Shown here in pieces: positions 40,178-49,569 of a stretch of 64,000 bases of DNA; the first letter of the stretch is position 1, and each line of letters opens with the position of its first letter. The notes below the pieces were generated by a model. That model saw nothing but the letters and a program-made list of their open reading frames with translations. It was not told the DNA's origin and made no database searches. Source of the DNA: an uncultured Bacilli bacterium (GTDB lineage Bacteria > Bacillota_I > Bacilli_A > RF39 > UBA660); contig CAKOXU010000001.1 in NCBI GenBank assembly GCA_934130235.1, positions 8,794 through 72,793 of the forward strand, read 5' to 3'. Made by a program: the position numbers and the translations under genes.

Positions 40178-41503
40178 CTAATTATCCTTTACCTGTGCGA
40201 CATTAGCAAACGTTGATGTATTTCTTTGAAACATTAATGGAATATCCATAAGTGGTCCATTACGATGTTTTCTAATTACAAATTCCATCAAACTATTCTC
40301 CTTAGCACGTTCTTCATCTGTACAGTGTAAGAACGCTACAATATCAGCATCTTGTTCTATTGCACCTGATTCACGTAAATCACTCAACATTGGTTTCTTA
40401 TCATCTCTTTTTTCTATACTACGTGATAATTGAGATAAGGCTATTACAGGAACATCAAGTTCCATTGCCATAGTTTTAAGCGCTCTTGAAATATCAGCTA
40501 CTTCTTGTTGTCTATTAGCTCCATTTTTACTACTTCCTTGAATAAGTGTTAAATAATCTATAACAACGATGTCAAGACCGTCTGGACTAGTGGCAAGTTT
40601 TCTACACTTACTTCTTATTTCGCCAACCGTTTGACCTGCAGTATCGTCTATAAATATTTTTGTATCCGATAGCCTACTAATAGCTTCATTAACTCTCTTC
40701 CAATCAGAGTGTTCCAAATTACCTGTTTTTAACTTAGCTCCATCTATCTGTCCCACGCTAGACAACATACGTGTAGCTAATTGCTCTGCACCCATCTCCA
40801 TATTAAATAGAGCTACTGTTTTTTTGGCATTAATAGCTATATTAGTAACCATATTAAGAGCAACAGCAGTCTTTCCCATACCTGGACGGGCCGCAATTAT
40901 TATTAACTCATGTGGATGAAATCCACTTGTAATTTTATCCAATTCATAAAAACCTGTAGGTATTCCGGTAATATTACCTTTCATAGAAGCCAATTTTTCT
41001 AAATCAGATTGAGTTTTATATAAAACATCTTGAATACTCTTAAACTCTGTACTTCGTAAACTCTTTGAAACATCAAATATCTTTTTCTCTGCTTCTTCTA
41101 TTACTTCACTTATATTATTTGAAGTATTATAACTATCAGTAATAATACTTGTAGCTTCATCAATAAGTCTTCTTAATATAGATTTATCTTCTACTATTTT
41201 AATATACTCATCTATATTAGAAGCACTAGGTACACTTTCTATTATTTCAGTTAAATATTCTATATCGCCTACTTGTTTTAACAAATTCAAATTATTTAAT
41301 TCATCAGCTACAGTAGTTAAATCAACAATAGATCCTTTTGAATCTACATTTTTTATTGCTTCAAAAATCTTTTGATGATTATCTAAATAAAATTCACTAC
41401 CATCTAACTTTTCTAGACCTTTTTGCAAAGCCTTTTTCGTTAAAAACATTGCACCTAGTACAGATTGCTCTGCATCTATATTGTGTGGTATAACTCTTTC
41501 CAT
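40178..41503 (-). CDS. dnaB: Replicative DNA helicase DnaB (DnaC in B. subtilis naming)
   Basis: N-terminal domain plus RecA-like GMGKTA and SQLSRSIE. Confidence 0.95.
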   Translation of the reverse strand: MERVIPHNIDAEQSVLGAMFLTKKALQKGLEKLDGSEFYLDNHQKIFEAIKNVDSKGSIVDLTTVADELNNLNLLKQVGDIEYLTEIIESVPSASNIDEYIKIVEDKSILRRLIDEATSIITDSYNTSNNISEVIEEAEKKIFDVSKSLRSTEFKSIQDVLYKTQSDLEKLASMKGNITGIPTGFYELDKITSGFHPHELIIIAARPGMGKTAVALNMVTNIAINAKKTVALFNMEMGAEQLATRMLSSVGQIDGAKLKTGNLEHSDWKRVNEAISRLSDTKIFIDDTAGQTVGEIRSKCRKLATSPDGLDIVVIDYLTLIQGSSKNGANRQQEVADISRALKTMAMELDVPVIALSQLSRSIEKRDDKKPMLSDLRESGAIEQDADIVAFLHCTDEERAKENSLMEFVIRKHRNGPLMDIPLMFQRNTSTFANVAQVKDN

Positions 41504-41510
41504 ATAACAC

Positions 41511-41948
41511 CTACTTTACTAATTTAATTTTAACATTGGCAACTACTTTCTTGTGCAATATAACATCAATATTAGTAATACCTAAATTACATATTGGTGT
41601 CTTAATATTAATCTGTTTTTTATCTATATTATATCCTTTTTTATTCAATTCCTCTACTATTTGTTTAGCACTTATAGTTCCAAAAACCTTATCCGATTGT
41701 CCAACCTTTACCTTAAATTGTACTATTAAATTTTCTAGCTCTTTTTTTACTTTTTCACATTCTTTAATAGTTTTATTCTCTAATTCTTCTTTTAAATTAT
41801 TTTCCTTTTTTAATCTATCTACACTATAGCTAGTAGCAGCAACAGCATCTCCTTTTTTTATTAAAAACTGACCAAATCCATCCTTTACTTCTTTTATATC
41901 ACCACTTTTACCAAGTTTTTTTATATCTTTAAGTAATATTATTTTCAT
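41511..41948 (-). CDS. rplI: 50S ribosomal protein L9
   Basis: MKIILLKDIKKLGKSGDIKEVKDGF. Confidence 0.9.
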   Translation of the reverse strand: MKIILLKDIKKLGKSGDIKEVKDGFGQFLIKKGDAVAATSYSVDRLKKENNLKEELENKTIKECEKVKKELENLIVQFKVKVGQSDKVFGTISAKQIVEELNKKGYNIDKKQINIKTPICNLGITNIDVILHKKVVANVKIKLVK

Positions 41949-41957
41949 ATACTCCTC

Positions 41958-42923
41958 CTATAACATATTTTTTATTTCATTTTTTATTTGTTTAATAGTT
42001 TTACCTTTAACTTGAGCTGCAGCGTTAGAAATATGACCACCACCATTAAACTTTTTCATTATAGTTTCAACATTAATATTTCCTAACGATTTGGCACTTA
42101 TACCTACTGTATCTATATCTATTTTGCCGAGCGCAAATGATGCCTCAACCGAATCAAATTTTAATAGCTCTTCCGCAACTGTAGCAAGTTCAAGTGTAGT
42201 ACAATTTGGCAAAATACAACATGCTATCCCTTCTTTAAGCATAAAACTATTTCTTATAAAACTTGCTCTTTTAATATAATCTTCTTTAGTCTCTTTTAAC
42301 AACTCCTGTTTTAGTATAGAATCTGCTCCCATTTCCATTAAAATACTTGAAGCTAAATATGTATTTTTTGTTGTCTTAAAATCATAACCATTTGTATCAA
42401 TTTCTATTCCACCAAGCAAAATAGAAGCAATTACGTTATCTAAATCTAAACCCAATTCGTTAGCAAAAAGCGCTACAAATTCAGATACACTTGATAAAGT
42501 CGAATCTATATACATAAATTTTGTGTTTTTAATATAATGTTTACTTTTGATATGATGATCAATAACCATAGTATCAATTTCATCTACTATATCTGAAAAT
42601 TCTAATCTATCTTCAATATGTGTATCTAAAACTATAAGTAAAGTATTATTTAAATATTTTTTATAATTAGTTTTATCAACACATTTTATATCTCTTTCCA
42701 TCATATCAAATGCATGATTAATGTTGTTATTATACTCATTTAAATGTTGAATGTCTAAAAATAAATATGCATCCTTTTTAAAGCTTTCTATTATTTCACA
42801 CATTCCCATGCAAGATCCTAGTACATCCAAATCAGGATCTTTATGTCCCATCAATATAAAACTATCATACTCATTGATAATATTAACTATTTTTTTATAT
42901 ATTGCTTTCATTAAATTCACCAT
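41958..42923 (-). CDS. Stand-alone DHH/DHHA1 phosphoesterase, GdpP catalytic-domain-like
   Basis: ILMGHKDPDLDVLGSCMG DHH motif and a C-terminal GGGH DHHA1 motif. No TM, PAS or GGDEF-like N-terminal modules. Immediately upstream of rplI, where gdpP/yybT lies in Bacillus. Confidence 0.75.
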   Translation of the reverse strand: MVNLMKAIYKKIVNIINEYDSFILMGHKDPDLDVLGSCMGMCEIIESFKKDAYLFLDIQHLNEYNNNINHAFDMMERDIKCVDKTNYKKYLNNTLLIVLDTHIEDRLEFSDIVDEIDTMVIDHHIKSKHYIKNTKFMYIDSTLSSVSEFVALFANELGLDLDNVIASILLGGIEIDTNGYDFKTTKNTYLASSILMEMGADSILKQELLKETKEDYIKRASFIRNSFMLKEGIACCILPNCTTLELATVAEELLKFDSVEASFALGKIDIDTVGISAKSLGNINVETIMKKFNGGGHISNAAAQVKGKTIKQIKNEIKNML

Positions 42924-42963
42924 ATATATTATACTATATTTTTTAATTTAAAAAAAGAAAAAA

Positions 42964-43890
42964 CTACTTTTTTTCATTTTCCTTATTTCTAATTACACTA
43001 GCCATTTTTTTAATTTTATTAAATCTATGATGTATTCCAGATTTTGTAATTTTTGTACCAGTTTCAATACTCATTATTTGACTTAACTCTAACAAAGATG
43101 CATCCTTGTACTTTAATCTATACTTTGCTGCAAGTTTTATCTTTTCATCAAGTAAGTCAAGTCCTCCAACACTTTCTATAAGTTCTATATCCTTTACCTG
43201 ATTATTAGAAGTTTCAATAATTTTATCTACGTTTGCTTGCTCACAATTATTTAATCTATTAGTCATATTCTTATGATCCCTATATATTCTAATATCTTCA
43301 AAATATAAAAGAGCACTTATAGCATTTATCATACGTAAAAAATCTCCTATTTTTTCCGCCTCTTTTACATAAATCATATAACAATTTTCTCTTTTAATAA
43401 CTTTACTATTTAAATCATAAATATTAATTTTTTCTTTTATAAATTGTGCATACTTATAATTATCTACAGAAAATTCCAAATGATATCTACTTTTTTTAGG
43501 GTCATTTATACTACCACAACTTAAAAAGACACCTCTTAGATATATACGAGTTAAATTATCATCACTCACAATATATTCACTGGGAATATTTTTATTTAAA
43601 CATAAATCTTCTTTTATTATTTCAACTTTTTTATTTATTTCCAATATATAAATATATTTTTTACTATAATTATATCCACGTCTAACTGTTATTTTACAAG
43701 TTACATTATAAAGTTCTTTTATTAAATTAAATACGTATCGCGCAACACTAGAATTTTCTGTTTGTACTTTAATAGTTTGATCTTCTATAACTCCATCATT
43801 TCTAAGAATAGCAGACAATATGGATACACACTCTAATTTATCTAGACTTAATTTACTTAATTCATCTTTAACCTCTCTTGTAAATGACAT
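42964..43890 (-). CDS. whiA: Sporulation/cell-division regulator WhiA
   Basis: MSFTREVKDEL start, LAGLIDAD-like repeats and a C-terminal HTH. GGGTGA RBS before MSFT. Confidence 0.85.
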   Translation of the reverse strand: MSFTREVKDELSKLSLDKLECVSILSAILRNDGVIEDQTIKVQTENSSVARYVFNLIKELYNVTCKITVRRGYNYSKKYIYILEINKKVEIIKEDLCLNKNIPSEYIVSDDNLTRIYLRGVFLSCGSINDPKKSRYHLEFSVDNYKYAQFIKEKINIYDLNSKVIKRENCYMIYVKEAEKIGDFLRMINAISALLYFEDIRIYRDHKNMTNRLNNCEQANVDKIIETSNNQVKDIELIESVGGLDLLDEKIKLAAKYRLKYKDASLLELSQIMSIETGTKITKSGIHHRFNKIKKMASVIRNKENEKK

Positions 43891-43947
43891 AAAATCACCC
43901 AACAAAATTATACATTAAATTTTAAAAAAAAGAAAGCATATTACTTT

Positions 43948-44775
43948 CTACAAATTATTAGAAATATCAACAAAAACATCCAGTGGTATAGCCTCAGCCC
44001 TTACTTGAAGCGTAAATCCATATTTAGATAATACTTTTTCTATAATATTCAAATCATAATTTTTTAGATTATTTTTAATAGTTTTTCTCTTTTGTACAAA
44101 TGAATCTCTAACAAGTTTAAAAAACAACTTTTTGTCTTTTAAATAAAGTTTATTCTTTTTAGCAGTTAACTCAATAACTATACTATCAACATTTGGAACA
44201 GGAATAAAAACATTTCTAGATACGTCTAATAATTTTTTTATATCAAAATAGTAATTTAAATATACAGATAAAGAATTATAATCTTTTGTATTAGGTTGCG
44301 CTCTAAATCTGTCACCAACTTCCTTTTGAACCATTATAACTATTTTATCAACACATATTTCATCCTCTATTATTTTTGTAATTATAGGTGTTGTAATATA
44401 ATATGGTAAATTAGCTACCACATATAATTTTTTATACTTATATTTTTTTAATTTATCTTTAGGATTTGATTTTAAAAAGTCCTCAAATACAACTTCTACA
44501 TTATTTAAACCGTCTAAGTTATTTAATAAAATATCTTTTACAGTTTTATCTATTTCATAACACAAAACATTTTTAGAAACTTGCGCTAATTTATATGTTA
44601 AAGATCCAGCTCCAGGGCCTATCTCTAATACTAATGTATCTTCATCTATATTTGATTTATTAATAATACTATTTATAATATTTTCATCTATTATAAAATT
44701 CTGACCATATTTTTTCTTTAAGTCAAAGTTATAGACATTAAATTTATCATTAAAATCCTTATAAGAATATTTCAT
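43948..44775 (-). CDS. rsmA: 16S rRNA (adenine1518/1519-N6)-dimethyltransferase RsmA/KsgA
   Basis: KKYGQNFIIDENII...LEIGPGAGSLT. Confidence 0.9.
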   Translation of the reverse strand: MKYSYKDFNDKFNVYNFDLKKKYGQNFIIDENIINSIINKSNIDEDTLVLEIGPGAGSLTYKLAQVSKNVLCYEIDKTVKDILLNNLDGLNNVEVVFEDFLKSNPKDKLKKYKYKKLYVVANLPYYITTPIITKIIEDEICVDKIVIMVQKEVGDRFRAQPNTKDYNSLSVYLNYYFDIKKLLDVSRNVFIPVPNVDSIVIELTAKKNKLYLKDKKLFFKLVRDSFVQKRKTIKNNLKNYDLNIIEKVLSKYGFTLQVRAEAIPLDVFVDISNNL

Positions 44776-44833
44776 ATAACCAACCTCATCATTATTATAC
44801 TAAATAGTAATGTTTTTTTCAACAAAAAAAGGC

Positions 44834-45523
44834 TTACCAGCCCCATCTTTGTACACTAAATTTTGCATTAGAACTACTTGTTTTTCCAGACTTAACGTCA
44901 TTTTGTGAAGAAAAAGCTAAATCAATCCATACATTTCCCTGTTTCCATGCATTTCGCATAGAATAGCCAGTATCTAATACAACACCATAAAATGAATCTA
45001 TAATTCCATTATCAATTTTAATAATAGTACCACAAGGAAATAAAGTATTATCGGCTGCCAAAATGCGTACATCGCCATAAGTAGAATCATTGTATGTAAT
45101 TCCATCATTTATTAAACTATGTTTAGTTCCCTCTCGAGTTTTACAAGACACATTGCCAACTTTACTACACCCTGGGCAATCAGGTCCATATCCAGTAAGC
45201 TTACCAGTATACTGTCCACTTTTTCCAGTTCCAACTTTTTCAACTTGAGGAACCATGTCAGATAAATGAACATAATCGATTCCATCATATGTATAATTTA
45301 ATCCATTTATGCCTTCGCTTATTATCTCTTTATCAGAGTCGCTAGGTTTTGATGAATCATACACATATGTTGTTGTATAAGGTATTATTTCATTAACTAC
45401 TGTAGCAGTCATATTAACATTAGGATTATATATAGTAATTCCATTATTTGTAATGGTAAGTGTTAGAATTAATAAAATTGAAATAATACATAATGATAAA
45501 CAAATTTTTAATTTTAATTTCAT
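44834..45523 (-). CDS. 3D-domain (MltA-like) cell-wall protein, YabE-like
   Basis: Signal/TM segment plus C-terminal RILAADNTLFPCGTIIKID...GVVLDTGYSM...WIDLAF, which is a 3D domain. Start set at MKLKLK, which has a GGTGA RBS. Confidence 0.7.
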   Translation of the reverse strand: MKLKLKICLSLCIISILLILTLTITNNGITIYNPNVNMTATVVNEIIPYTTTYVYDSSKPSDSDKEIISEGINGLNYTYDGIDYVHLSDMVPQVEKVGTGKSGQYTGKLTGYGPDCPGCSKVGNVSCKTREGTKHSLINDGITYNDSTYGDVRILAADNTLFPCGTIIKIDNGIIDSFYGVVLDTGYSMRNAWKQGNVWIDLAFSSQNDVKSGKTSSSNAKFSVQRWGW

Positions 45524-45554
45524 TTTATCACCTCTACAGTACATATAAATTGTA

Positions 45555-46304
45555 TCATACTTCAATTTTTAAGTCAAATAACTCAATTGCATTTGCAGCT
45601 GTTAGGTTTTTAACTTCCTCATAACTCATATTTTTTAATTGAGCTACTTTTAAAGCAACATAATAAGTGTTAGATGGAACATTCTTTTTACCTCTTAAAG
45701 GTTCTGGAGATAAATAAGGACTATCAGTCTCAAGTAAAATATCTTTTATGTCAATGTTTTTAACAACATCCTGCAATACTCTACCATTTTTAAAAGTAAC
45801 AACTCCACCAACTCCTATTTTATATCCTAATTTAATAAATTCATGTGCCATTTCTTTACTAGAAGAAAATGCATGTATTGTTCCCTTTAATTTATATTTT
45901 TTTAATATATCAAATGTATCTTGAATTGAATCTCTTGAATGAACAACAACAGGTTTTTTATATTTAACTGCTAAGTCAAGTTGCTTAATAAACAACTCTT
46001 TTTGCTTAATTTTATCAATATCATAATGATAATCTAAACCAATTTCACCTATCCCAACTATTTTGGGATTATTAATATTATTTTCAATAATTTCAAATGA
46101 TTTATCCGATATACTATCTAAACTTTCTGGATGTATACCTAAAGTTCCATATACATTTTTATATTTAGAAATCAATTCTAAAACCTCTAAATTACTTTCG
46201 TCATCACATCCACTAGTTATCATATAACCGTCCATTTCATTCACTACATCATCTATATTATTATAATCATTTTTACTTAAATGACAATGAGTATCTATAA
46301 TCAT
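45555..46304 (-). CDS. tatD: TatD-family metal-dependent DNase/hydrolase (YabD)
   Basis: MIIDTHCHL...GEIGLDYHY...VVHSRD. Confidence 0.9.
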   Translation of the reverse strand: MIIDTHCHLSKNDYNNIDDVVNEMDGYMITSGCDDESNLEVLELISKYKNVYGTLGIHPESLDSISDKSFEIIENNINNPKIVGIGEIGLDYHYDIDKIKQKELFIKQLDLAVKYKKPVVVHSRDSIQDTFDILKKYKLKGTIHAFSSSKEMAHEFIKLGYKIGVGGVVTFKNGRVLQDVVKNIDIKDILLETDSPYLSPEPLRGKKNVPSNTYYVALKVAQLKNMSYEEVKNLTAANAIELFDLKIEV

Positions 46305-46345
46305 AATATCACCAAAAAAATTATACCATAATTGATATAATTTTT

Positions 46346-46552
46346 CTATTTTTTCTTTCCTTTTATTACATACAGTATTAGAAATAGATATAATACTATA
46401 AGATAAATCAAATCCCAGATGTTACGACCTTCAACAAAACTACCTACTAATAAATAAGTTATAAATATCATCATTGTCATCCATAAGAACTTATTATATT
46501 GTATTTTATCTAACATAGTTTCTCCTTTATCGCGACAATACAAATATAACAC
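46346..46552 (-). CDS. Hypothetical small membrane protein
   Basis: ORF with two hydrophobic helices, lying between metG and tatD. Confidence 0.3.
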   Translation of the reverse strand: MLYLYCRDKGETMLDKIQYNKFLWMTMMIFITYLLVGSFVEGRNIWDLIYLIVLYLFLILYVIKGKKK

Positions 46553-46621
46553 ATTTCAAAATTATTATAAAGGTTTTTTGTACAAAATCAATCGACAAAA
46601 TTCTATTTTTTACACATTTTT

Positions 46622-46648
46622 ACAAAAAAAAAGAACTATTTTAGTTCT
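46622..46648 (-). terminator. Rho-independent terminator overlapping the metG stop codon
   Basis: AGAACTA-AAAT-TAGTTCT hairpin followed by UUUUUUUUU on the minus strand. Confidence 0.6.
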
Positions 46649-48183
46649 TCTAGCATTTTTTCTTTATCGATTCTTGCAAAAATAGGTTTAGGTTCATTTA
46701 CAAAATCTCCTGTGTGTAAATGTCCAAAGGTGCTAATTGATTCAAGAGTTGAAACATCAGTATTAAGTTGTCTCAAAATTTCATCAGAAGTAGATGTCAA
46801 AAATGGTCTTAATAAAACTGATCCTATTCTTATAGATTCAAGTAAATTATATATAACCGTTTCAAGTCTTGATTTATCAGTTTCTTTAGCAAGAAGCCAT
46901 GGTGTCGTCTCATCTATATACTTATTACATCTTTTAAATATTTCAAACACTTCATCAATAGCTTCACTTACTTTAAGTTGATCCATTTTATTTTTTACTT
47001 TTTCATATGCTTGCATTGTAATACTTATTAAATCATTATCTATCTCATTTAATTCATTTTGTTTAGGTACAACACCATCAAAATACTTTTTATCCATAGA
47101 AATAGTTCTGTTAACTAAATTTCCAAGTATATTAGCTAAATCAGAATTAAAACGTTCAATCAATAATTCATAAGTTAAATTTCCATCATTAGCAAATGGT
47201 ATTTCATGTAATACACAATATCTAATCGCATCTACACCAAATTTTTCAACCAAATCATCAGCATATATAGCATTTCCTCTACTTTTACCTATCTTATCAT
47301 TATTAGTAAGAAGCCATGGATGACCAAAAATTTTATGAGGCAGTTCTAAGCCTAAACTCCATAAAAAACATGGCCAATAAATACTATGAAATCTAACTAT
47401 ATCCTTTCCTATTAGATGCAAATCAGCAGGCCATAATCTTTTAAATTCTTCACTAGGATTTTCTACATCATAACCTATATTAGTAATATAGTTTGTTAAA
47501 GCATCTAACCATACATATACAACGTGCTTGGAATCAAAATCGACAGGAATTCCCCAATCAAATGAAGTCCTAGATACACACAAATCTTGAAGACCAGGTT
47601 TTATAAAATTATTTAACATCTCATTTCTTCTAGATTCTGGTTGTAAAAAGTCTGGATTTTCTTCCATAAACTTTTCTAGTTTTGATTGATATTTAGATAA
47701 TCTAAAAAAATATGCTTCTTCACATTTTTCTACTACTTCTCTTCCACAGTCTGGACATTTTCCATCTACAAGTTGTGAATCCGTCCAAAAAGACTCACAA
47801 GGAGTACAATATAAGCCCTTATATTCTCCTTTATATATATCACCTTTATCGTACATTTTTTTAAATATTTTTTGAACTTGCTTCTCATGAACTTCATCGG
47901 TAGTACGAACAAATTTATCATAACTTGTATTCATTATATCCCATATTTTTTTAATTTCACTTGATACTTCATCAACAAATTCTTTTGGTGTCTTACCCTG
48001 TTCTTTAGCTTTTAATTCTATTTTTTCACCATGCTCATCTGTTCCTGTTTGAAAATATACATCAAATCCTTCAAGTCGTTTAAAACGCGCGATTGCATCA
48101 GCCAAAACTATCTCATAAGTATTTCCAATATGTGGTTTTCCTGACGTATATGCAATTGCAGTAGAAATGTAATATTTATTCAT
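46636..48183 (-). CDS. metG: Methionyl-tRNA synthetase, short form without the C-terminal tRNA-binding domain
   Basis: HIGN (HIGH) motif, four-Cys knuckle CPDCG...CTPCESF and KIGKS (KMSKS). Confidence 0.95.
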   Translation of the reverse strand: MNKYYISTAIAYTSGKPHIGNTYEIVLADAIARFKRLEGFDVYFQTGTDEHGEKIELKAKEQGKTPKEFVDEVSSEIKKIWDIMNTSYDKFVRTTDEVHEKQVQKIFKKMYDKGDIYKGEYKGLYCTPCESFWTDSQLVDGKCPDCGREVVEKCEEAYFFRLSKYQSKLEKFMEENPDFLQPESRRNEMLNNFIKPGLQDLCVSRTSFDWGIPVDFDSKHVVYVWLDALTNYITNIGYDVENPSEEFKRLWPADLHLIGKDIVRFHSIYWPCFLWSLGLELPHKIFGHPWLLTNNDKIGKSRGNAIYADDLVEKFGVDAIRYCVLHEIPFANDGNLTYELLIERFNSDLANILGNLVNRTISMDKKYFDGVVPKQNELNEIDNDLISITMQAYEKVKNKMDQLKVSEAIDEVFEIFKRCNKYIDETTPWLLAKETDKSRLETVIYNLLESIRIGSVLLRPFLTSTSDEILRQLNTDVSTLESISTFGHLHTGDFVNEPKPIFARIDKEKMLEELK

Positions 48184-48187
48184 TTTA

Positions 48188-48661
48188 TCACCTGTTTGTG
48201 GATCCTATTCCACCCTTTCTAATATTATTAATTGTTTCTTCATCATCTACAGTTAAATATTTAATAAATACCCCTTGCGCTATTTTATCTCCTATATTAA
48301 CTTCATAATCATTTTCTCCATCATTTCTAAGTTTTATAAAAAAATGACCTTCATTATCTATATTATTATAATAATCAGAGTCTATTACACCTACTGAATT
48401 TGATAAACTAACATCATATTTATATCCTTGTGAACTACGTGAGTATATAAACAATACCTCGTCACTATTCATACATACCTTTAATCCTGTTCTAAATGCC
48501 TTACTTTCATTAGGCTTAATAACTCCATTTTCAATACTTCTAATATCATATCCAGCACTGTTAACAGTACTACGTGTTGGCAAAACAATACTGTTATATA
48601 ACTCAATATCATCACTAAATTTTTTAAATTCATCAAAACTTATTTTTTCAAACTTTCTCAT
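48188..48661 (-). CDS. dut: dUTP diphosphatase (trimeric dUTPase)
   Basis: AGYDIRS and GVIDSDYYNN motifs. Start set at MRKFEK, which has a GGAGG RBS. Confidence 0.85.
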   Translation of the reverse strand: MRKFEKISFDEFKKFSDDIELYNSIVLPTRSTVNSAGYDIRSIENGVIKPNESKAFRTGLKVCMNSDEVLFIYSRSSQGYKYDVSLSNSVGVIDSDYYNNIDNEGHFFIKLRNDGENDYEVNIGDKIAQGVFIKYLTVDDEETINNIRKGGIGSTNR

Positions 48662-48682
48662 ATTTCCTCCATAAAAAAACAT

Positions 48683-48889
48683 CCTAGTATAAGGACGTTA
48701 TAAACGTGGTACCACCTTAATTTATGTATTTCTACACCTCAATAGCTTAACGCGCTAAAACGTCTAATAGAAGCTCCAGACCCATTCGAAATAACTAGTA
48801 TTGTTTGCTTTCACCTCACCAAACTCTCTATAAATACATCATTATTCTTCTTTCCTTCATTGCTTTTAATTATTTTAGCACACTTTTAT
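48683..48889 (-). promoter_or_regulatory. T-box riboswitch leader, probable Met (AUG) specifier, upstream of dut-metG
   Basis: Minus strand shows an AGAGAG stem-I base, an F-box-like GCGCGTTAAG, the T-box sequence AAATTAAGGTGGTACCACG (48703-48722), and a terminator hairpin with a U7 tract ending at the dut RBS. A candidate specifier CGA-AUG-G lies in stem I. Confidence 0.7.
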
Positions 48890-49417
48890 TTATTGTTCAA
48901 GATATTTCGTAATAAAAGATGAAACAATAGAAGCCATTTGAACCTCTGTTTCAGTCATCTTTTCAGTTTCACTCAATATAATAATCATACCTACAGCTTC
49001 TCCTCCACTTAATATTACACAACTAACATAGCTACATGTTATAGATTCATCATCTATTAAATTAAATAATTTAAAATGATTTTGAAACATTTTTTCTCTA
49101 CGCATAATAGATTCTTCTAACTCCTTACTAATATGCTTTTTTAAATACCTACTTTTAAGTGAATTTGAGCACGCAATAATATTATCAGTATCAGTAATAA
49201 AAATAGAATGCTTCATAAAAATTGATATAGAATCTACAAGTTCACTTGCCAAATCATTAATTTTATTAATCATAGAATATTTTTTTAATACAATATCTCC
49301 ATTTTTTATAGTTATTTCTAAATTATCACCAGTTTTAATTCTGAGTTTTCTTCTTATATCCTTAGGAATAACAATACGTCCTAAATCATCTATTTTTTTT
49401 ATTATACCATTTTCCAT
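48890..49417 (-). CDS. spoVT: Stage V sporulation protein T (SpoVT), AbrB-type N-domain plus GAF-like C-domain
   Basis: MENGIIKKIDDLGRIVIPKDIRRKLRIKTGDNLEI SpoVT/AbrB swapped-hairpin fold. The C-terminus matches SpoVT and the gene neighbours mfd. GGAGG RBS. Confidence 0.85.
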   Translation of the reverse strand: MENGIIKKIDDLGRIVIPKDIRRKLRIKTGDNLEITIKNGDIVLKKYSMINKINDLASELVDSISIFMKHSIFITDTDNIIACSNSLKSRYLKKHISKELEESIMRREKMFQNHFKLFNLIDDESITCSYVSCVILSGGEAVGMIIILSETEKMTETEVQMASIVSSFITKYLEQ

Positions 49418-49509
49418 ATAGTTAATCCTCCTAAAATTATATTGGAAATATTTATATTTTTTATTCAAAAAGAGTAATTTTTTATTTTATTCACATAATA
49501 TATATTGGT

Positions 49510-49550
49510 TTAGCACTCTTACTTGACAAGTGCCAAAAAAGTAGTATAAT
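49510..49550 (+). promoter_or_regulatory. Degenerate CIRCE overlapping the sigma-A promoter of clpB
   Basis: TTAGCACTC-TTACTTGAC-AAGTGCCAA, with 2 mismatches in the right arm. The embedded TTGACA, N16, then TATAAT lie 20 nt before the RBS. Confidence 0.55.
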
Positions 49551-49569
49551 TATTTATGGAGGTGTTATT

